NCBI GenBank assembly: GCA_965112735.1
Contig: OZ218954.1
Span: 2,666,001-2,730,000 of the forward strand
Source: Phaeosaccion multiseriatum
Lineage: Eukaryota > Protista > Ochrophyta, other classes
Direction of reading: 5' to 3'
DNA length: 64,000 bases
Position 1 is the first letter of the stretch. Each line of letters starts with the position of its first letter. The position numbers and the translations under genes are program-made. Of this stretch, positions 58,148 to 64,000 are shown in pieces. The notes below the pieces were generated by a model. The model made no database searches and was not told the origin of the DNA. It was given only the letters and a program-made list of their open reading frames with translations.

Positions 58148-60923
58148 ACAGGTCGACAGTCAGGGCGAGGACAGTGGGCGTCGGGACGAGGGCTCGCTGA
58201 GGAGAGGAGCAAAGCCAAACCGAAGAGGCAAAGAGGGGGGGTACAGCGGGGCAGTATGCCTCGGCGATTCGTCACCTGCCGCCTACAAACAGCACGTCCA
58301 CTTGCACCACCAGCAATCCCTCCACGCCCCAAGCCTCGCTCGGGCTCTCTGCTGCACCACGCACGCACCTACGCACGTCACGCACGCACGCACACACGCA
58401 CACACGCACACACGCACCCATGCACTTACCTCCTCAACGTCCTCGATGTTGCTGGAGAGGCAGCACACCGCGTCGAGCTGCGCCGCTGTCAGACCAAGGT
58501 CAAGCTCCGTCATGTACCTCCTGAACACATCCGTGGCTGCCTCTAGCGACACCTTCGGCTTGCCAGCACCGGCGCTACTGCCAGCGTCAGCACCAGCACC
58601 AGCACCAGGGCCACCAGTGTCAGTGACACAAGTGTCAGCGCCGGCCTGCCCGGTCTCCCCTGTCTCCGTCGCTGCGCTGGAGCCTGCCCCCTCCCCCCCC
58701 ACACCCCCCGTGGTCCTTCTCTGCAGCATGGATATGAGCTTGGCCTTGACCTCTGCGTGCGTGCGGCCCTGCAGAATATGCTCCTCCGAAACGTCTGTGG
58801 TCTGCAGCAGCGCCTTGCGCTTGAGCAGGCCCTCTGAGCTGAACATACTCTCGATGGTACGCGAAGCCGTCCGCACAAATGCCTCGTACCTGTGATGGTG
58901 GTTGTGTGTTGTGGGAGGGATGGAGCATGTGAGGTGGTGGGGTTGTATAAAAGGCTCTGACGTGACACTCACTGTCCTCCAAGACAGGAGTATGCACTTC
59001 CAGACCGCCCCCCAACACACACACGGCTCACAGTCTTCCTCGAGCGGCAAGAGCGGGAAAGAAGAAGCAGCAAGAAGGAATTATCTGGTTCCGTCTTGTC
59101 TTCGTCTAGCTTGTCTTCTTCTGCATCCTTCTTACCGAATCATTCCGTCCATTATGGGTGCTTCGCTGACGAGGAAAAGGACGTGCAGGCGCGAGAGAGT
59201 GAGCAGCTTGGCGTTGAGCAGGACGCGTGTGACTTGTGACACTCGCAGCTGCCCCGTGTAGCCGAAGGAAGATGCCCGTACACTCGATCCGTCCGGCCCG
59301 CACAGCCTGGGGGTCGGGGGTGGGGGCGGGGCGTGGGGTGGGAATATCGAATGACTGAGCGAGTCGAGCAGCAAAACTAGACAGCTGACTAGTGGCCTTC
59401 AACAAGCAAGTGCCGCCGGAGCGAGGGAGTAAGTACTGCAACCGAAAGAATCGCACGACTGCTAGTTAGCTAACGACTGCCAGCCTCTCCCAGCTGGTGA
59501 TGGAGGGATTGGTGAGGAACGATCAGTCTTGCCTTGATCTCCTTAGCCCTTCTCTAGCTAGCTCCTTAGTGAGGCACTTGCTCACTCACCTCTGAGCAGC
59601 CTTGACCTCCTCTTCCTTCATGAGCTGCATCAAGTACTTCTCCATGTCTGTGGCGGCGGCCTCGGCAATGGTGTTGCTGATGGTGGTGAAGCGAGCCTTC
59701 TCAATGGCGATTCCTACCTTCTTGTAGTCAAGCTGACGAGGAGCGAGGAGGAGGAGGCAGGAAGGAGGAGCACGCAAGCAAGCAAGCAACAAGCAAGCAA
59801 GCAAGGGAATGCCAGGCGGCGAGGCAGCCAGCACCGAGCCGTTCGAGTGAGAAGAGCACGACACGCACACCGAACACCAACACGCATCCGGCAACGAAGG
59901 ACCGACCACCACAACACCCCATGCCCCCCCCCCCCGCCTCCCCCCACGTACGCTCCTCTTACCATTCCCAAGTGATTGACAGGGATGAGGTGCAGCATCA
60001 AATTCTCCTCCGTGTGCGTGAGTTGCCAATGCCTGATGCACTTTTTGAACTGTACCCTCGGGATGAAGCCTGTGCCTGTTTCGTCGCGTATCTTGCACTC
60101 CTCGATGGTCTGCTGCACGTGCTTGTCGAAGTCGAAGTCATAGACCATGCTGCTGTGCACGGCTTCCTCGTCGATGACGGCCCTCTCCATGGCCATCTGC
60201 AGAGTAGAGCCGACAGGGCAGAGCACAATGGAGCAGAGCGTTTGGGAGAAGGAGGGAAGGAGGGAAGGAGGGAAGGAAGGAAGGAAGGAAGGAAGGAAGG
60301 ATGGATGGAAGGAAGGAAGGAAGGAAGGAAGGAAGGAAGGAGGGAAGGAAGGAAGGAAGGAAGGAAGGAAGGAAGGAAGGAAGGAAGGAAGGAAGGAATG
60401 AAGGAAGGAAGGAATAAATAAGGAAGGAAGGAAGGAAGGAAGGAGGGAAGTCGGAAGTCGAAACGAAGGAAGGAAGGAAGGAAGGAAGGAAGGAAGGAGG
60501 AGGGAAGTCAAGGCAGGAACTTGCCGTCAGCAATCAGCAGGCTGAACAAAGCAAAGCAAAAGCAAAAGAGGCAAAGCAAAAACAAAGAGCACGCTCGCAT
60601 GAGCCCCCCCACCCCGCACCCGTATCGCACCCATCGCTCACCGTTTCTCTGGCCTTGGCCCGCGCCCTAAACGCCACAATGAGGTCCAGCACAAGGGGGA
60701 TGAACTCTCTGAGGTCGAGCAACCCGTCGTCGTTCTCGTCCACCTCCGCGATGAGCAGCTGCACCTCGTGCTTGGAGATGCCCAGCTTGGCAGACTCGAG
60801 CACCGACGCCATCTCGTCCTGGGTGATGAACCCTTTGTGCTCCTTGTCGGCCTTCTCGAACAGCCCCGTGAGCTTGGTGTTGATCTCCTCCTGCGTTTTG
60901 TCCGTGTCCACCCGTCCACCCAT
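57098..60923 (-). CDS. Multi-EF-hand calcium-binding protein, multi-exon
   Basis: FEKADKEHKGFITQDE, EVDENDDGLLDLRE, RDETGTGFIPRVQ; in-frame exons separated by microsatellite-rich introns. Confidence 0.72.
58058..58144. repeat. (CA)n microsatellite, intronic
   Basis: Direct reading. Confidence 0.95.
60250..60500. repeat. (GGAA)n microsatellite, intronic
   Basis: Direct reading. Confidence 0.95.
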
Positions 60924-61011
60924 TGATTTCGTTCAGTCAGTCAGTCAGTCAGTCAATCAGTCAGCCAATCAAGCAATCAATTAGTGTTAGCAAGAGCAGT
61001 GGTTGAGAGAG

Positions 61012-63158
61012 TTATTTCTGTAACGGCACTATACGGCAGGGAGAAGGATTGTCGTGCTCAAATGCCCCTCGTGCTGCGACACTTGGTCTTACCGCTGTCA
61101 TATCGACGTTGACAGACTCGATGACGCCATGCACATGGCTGTCCTCCGTTGAGCGCTTGGATGCGCACGCCTGATGTTGCCGTCGGCTGTTCACAAGAGC
61201 CTCTACCTCCTCCAGCATCAGCTGCCTACTACCGATCTCCTTCCGATCGTGAATGATTCGGATGTCCAAGACGCCGTCGAAGGGCTTTGCACAAAGCACG
61301 CGAAGAAAACAGATCCAAATTTCCCCTTTGCTCCCGGTCTCCAGGGGCTTGCTTCCCTGCACAAGCAGCTGTTGCTGAGGATCGAGGTTCAACGAGTCGG
61401 AGGCGACGGAGACGGGAAGGGAAGTATGAGGGAGTTAGTACGAGGCTCGGAAAACGACAGCCCTTTCCTTCCCTTCCCCTCCCCACTCACACAACGCTCA
61501 CCTCGCCCCGGATGGAGCTTGGCGGCGTCGTCAAGATATCCTTTCCTTCTGACGAGGACAAGACCAAGGAAGAAGTCGCTTCTTCCTTCTTCACCCTCTG
61601 CTCTGCCTCCTCCCCCGTGACGAGAGCAGCTGCTACACTAGATGCCCCTCCTTTCGAACCATGCTGCTGGTGGCCTCCGGGCCTGACGAAAATGTCCATT
61701 CTCGGAGCAGCGGTGAGTTCCTCATCATGCAAGTGCATGTCGTCCATCATAAGACTTCTCGTGGACCCTTGCACCCCAAGCGACGCCGAGTGCTGCAGCC
61801 GGCATGGCCTGGCATGTCCTTCTTCCGACTTGTGCTTCGCTGCCTCCTCACGCTGTTGCTGCTGCTGTTCTCGTTGCTGCTCCTGCTGCTGCTGCTGCTG
61901 CTGCTGCCGTTGCTGCTGCTGCCGTCGGGACTGTGCTCTCTTGTTCATCACCCCTCCCGTTTTCGGCCTAATCCTTGCTGATGCAGATTGTTGATTTGTA
62001 ACGCGAACTGAGCTCCCCTCCTTCTCATAAAGCGGCGTGTGTTCAGTAGGTGCGCTCACCCCTCGAGGAGGGTTAGCCAGAGTGCTCACACTCTCTCTGG
62101 ACAGAGTCATGGAGCTGTCCTTGCCCAGCATATCGGGCTTCGCCGGTCGACTCACAACGCTGGAGCTGAAGCCATCATCTCTGGGATCCCCCCCCGCCCA
62201 GCGACTAATGTGGCCGCCAGGGGCTCTATTCATAATGTGGCCCGCAGTTCGATCCGTCTTACGCATGCTTAGAATCCTGAGCTGTCTCTTGCGGTCTTTC
62301 CTGTAGCCCTTGACCGGGTAGCAGCTCCTCGTGCGCGATATGCGCTGCATCATAGCCTGGTTCTCGCTGTCGATGATGTATCGCTGGCGCTCTCGTGCCC
62401 TTTCCCGACCTTTCCCCAACACCCCGTGTGTGCTTTTGCCAAGCCTGCTTGTTCCCGACAAGCCCCCCTCCTGCGGTTCCTGTTGCTTGACTGGCATCAG
62501 CGCACCCCTCCTGGAGTGTATCATCTCCAATGCGTTCACAAGCTTGTCATTCTCGTACGCAATCTTCTCTGCACGCCGAGCATCTTGGAAAGTCTTGGAC
62601 ACTCGGTCGGCCACGAAGGACGGCACCACACTGGGGGACACCTGCGGAGGCAGTGGGCAAACGGAGGAGGCCCATGATGAACAATCAAGGCCAACGTGGA
62701 CTGGCTCCTCTCTTTAGCAGATGCGCAGAGCTCTTCCCAAGGACCTTGGCGCTAATGACGAAGACCCAGCAGATACGTAAGACATGTATTGGCTCCTGTC
62801 TTCCTCAGATACACAGAACTCTACACCGCTCAGAACTCTGCACCGCTCACCTGGACGACTGCTTTGGTGCTAGAAAGCTGCTTGATGTGCTTTGTATACC
62901 TTGAAGAAGAAACAAGCAGGCGCAGGGCGCAGGCATGCAGGCATCAGCACAGCAACTCAAACTCCTGTATAGATAACAGCAGGCGACTCACCTCTTGCTA
63001 ACGTTGTTTTTGTACACGAGCACATTGCCAGACGGAGGTTCCCTATTGTGAAACACTGGAGAGCCGCCTCCTCCTCCTGCGGACCACCCGAAGCCCACAC
63101 CTCCTTCTCCACCGGGGCTCGGGCATGGCGGACCAATGGAGCTCGCGAGCTGCGACAT
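61012..63158 (-). CDS. CFAP97/Hemingway (KIAA1430)-like protein with long low-complexity extension; 3' end uncertain
   Basis: GNVLVYK...R|YTKHIKQLSSTKAVVQ, EKIAYENDKLVNAL, RERQRYIIDSENQAMMQRI; spliced exons 62991-63158, 62850-62899, 61502-62641 and about 61012-61375. Confidence 0.6.
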
Positions 63159-63800
63159 GGCCGCTGCCAAGTGTCCACCCTAAGAGAGAGGGGAGATGTG
63201 GGGTGCGCAGAAAATTCTGTAACGCCGAGCCTGTGTGTGTTGGGTGTCGAGACCCAAAACCAAAAAAAAATCAAAAAAATCTGCCTTGTCTTTAGCGCAC
63301 GGTGAGCGCGGCCGTCTACCCTCTGCTACCCGACGGGGAAGGGAGTGGCGGCGCCCTCAGCTGCGCCCTTAGCTGCACCCGTAGGTGTACCCTTTTCGGG
63401 AACGGACGGGCCCAGTAGGTAACGTTGCTGCTCTTCCACTGCCTAGTCGACCCCCGCCGATGGGGTGGTCGCACCTAAGAGGAGGCGTACGTCGCACGGG
63501 GCGGCGCAGAAGAAGGGAGCCGTCCTGTCCTGCCCCAAAGGAGAGGAGAAGGAGCCGTCCTGCCCCGAAGGGCACAAGAAGGAGCCGTCCTGCCCAAGGA
63601 GGAAAGAACGGCGCTTGCAAGGGGCCGACAGGCGCACAGTCGCACCCGCGCCCATGAGCAAGGTACCGACGGCGGCGAGGGGCCGTACCGTATGGGGAGA
63701 TGGGGAGAGGCCACATGACTAGTAGCCCCCCTCAAAAGGGCGCCTTTCTACCCACAATCGTCCGTCAATATACCACTCGCTATACAGCGCGCCGTGCTTC

Positions 63801-63986
63801 TCAGCCCACGTCCGTCCACTCCAGCTGGGCGGCGATCATAACGTGATCCGAGGGTTCGTCGTCGTTGGGCAGTGGCCCCTCCACGTCATCCCGATGCCGC
63901 AGCTCCTTCACCTCCTTCGCCTCCAGGCCTCCCGCGAAAAACACATAGTCCAGGCAGTCGATGAAGGGCTCCTTTTCGTCGCGCAC
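63801..63986 (-). CDS. Last exon of a CCR4/nocturnin-like endonuclease/exonuclease/phosphatase (rest outside window)
   Basis: FIDCLDYVFF and LPNDDEPSDHVMIAA motifs; CAG acceptor at 63987-63989. Confidence 0.85.
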   Translation of the reverse strand: MRDEKEPFIDCLDYVFFAGGLEAKEVKELRHRDDVEGPLPNDDEPSDHVMIAAQLEWTDVG

Positions 63987-64000
63987 CTGTTGTTCCCACC

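Noticed and set aside
57098-63158. Single fused CFAP97-like + EF-hand gene
   Set aside because: A possible donor exists at 61206, but I found no acceptor in front of ATG 60923 and the upstream frame closes at 61012; treated as two genes pending RNA data.
1-64000. tRNA or rRNA genes, transposase or reverse-transcriptase ORFs, viral insertions
   Set aside because: None recognised by eye; a covariance-model and repeat search would be needed to exclude them.

Overview
Gene-dense, GC-rich, intron-containing eukaryotic nuclear DNA. It is most likely from a photosynthetic, flagellated stramenopile (ochrophyte), inferred from a SIG1/Ocm-type mastigoneme protein, bipartite signal-peptide + 'AF'-type plastid presequences and RXL-type propeptides. 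About 20 protein-coding genes are present, mostly alternating in strand. They are a voltage-gated cation channel, a mastigoneme-like EGF protein, SDA1, a membrane protein, a GRIP golgin, FAM192A/Fyv6-like, NSA1/WDR74, U1A/U2B'', a degenerate plant-type GT2-like protein, a divergent DDB1-like beta-propeller, two His/Asp/Glu-repeat secreted proteins, DUF4336, an AzgA permease, a methyltransferase-riboflavin kinase fusion, a Rab5/22 GTPase, PRP38, a small hypothetical protein, an EF-hand protein, a CFAP97-like protein and the 3' end of a CCR4/nocturnin-like gene. The most striking locus is 33.7-41.1 kb. There a tandem duplication produced two secreted proteins built from His-substituted DxDxDGxxD repeats; one copy took its hydrophobic C-terminus from a duplicated intron of the neighbouring DDB1-like gene and has a small GCTAT-rich element upstream. 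The putatively plastid-targeted SAM-methyltransferase-riboflavin kinase fusion is the second highlight. All gene models were built by eye and all family assignments come from remembered motifs, not database searches.
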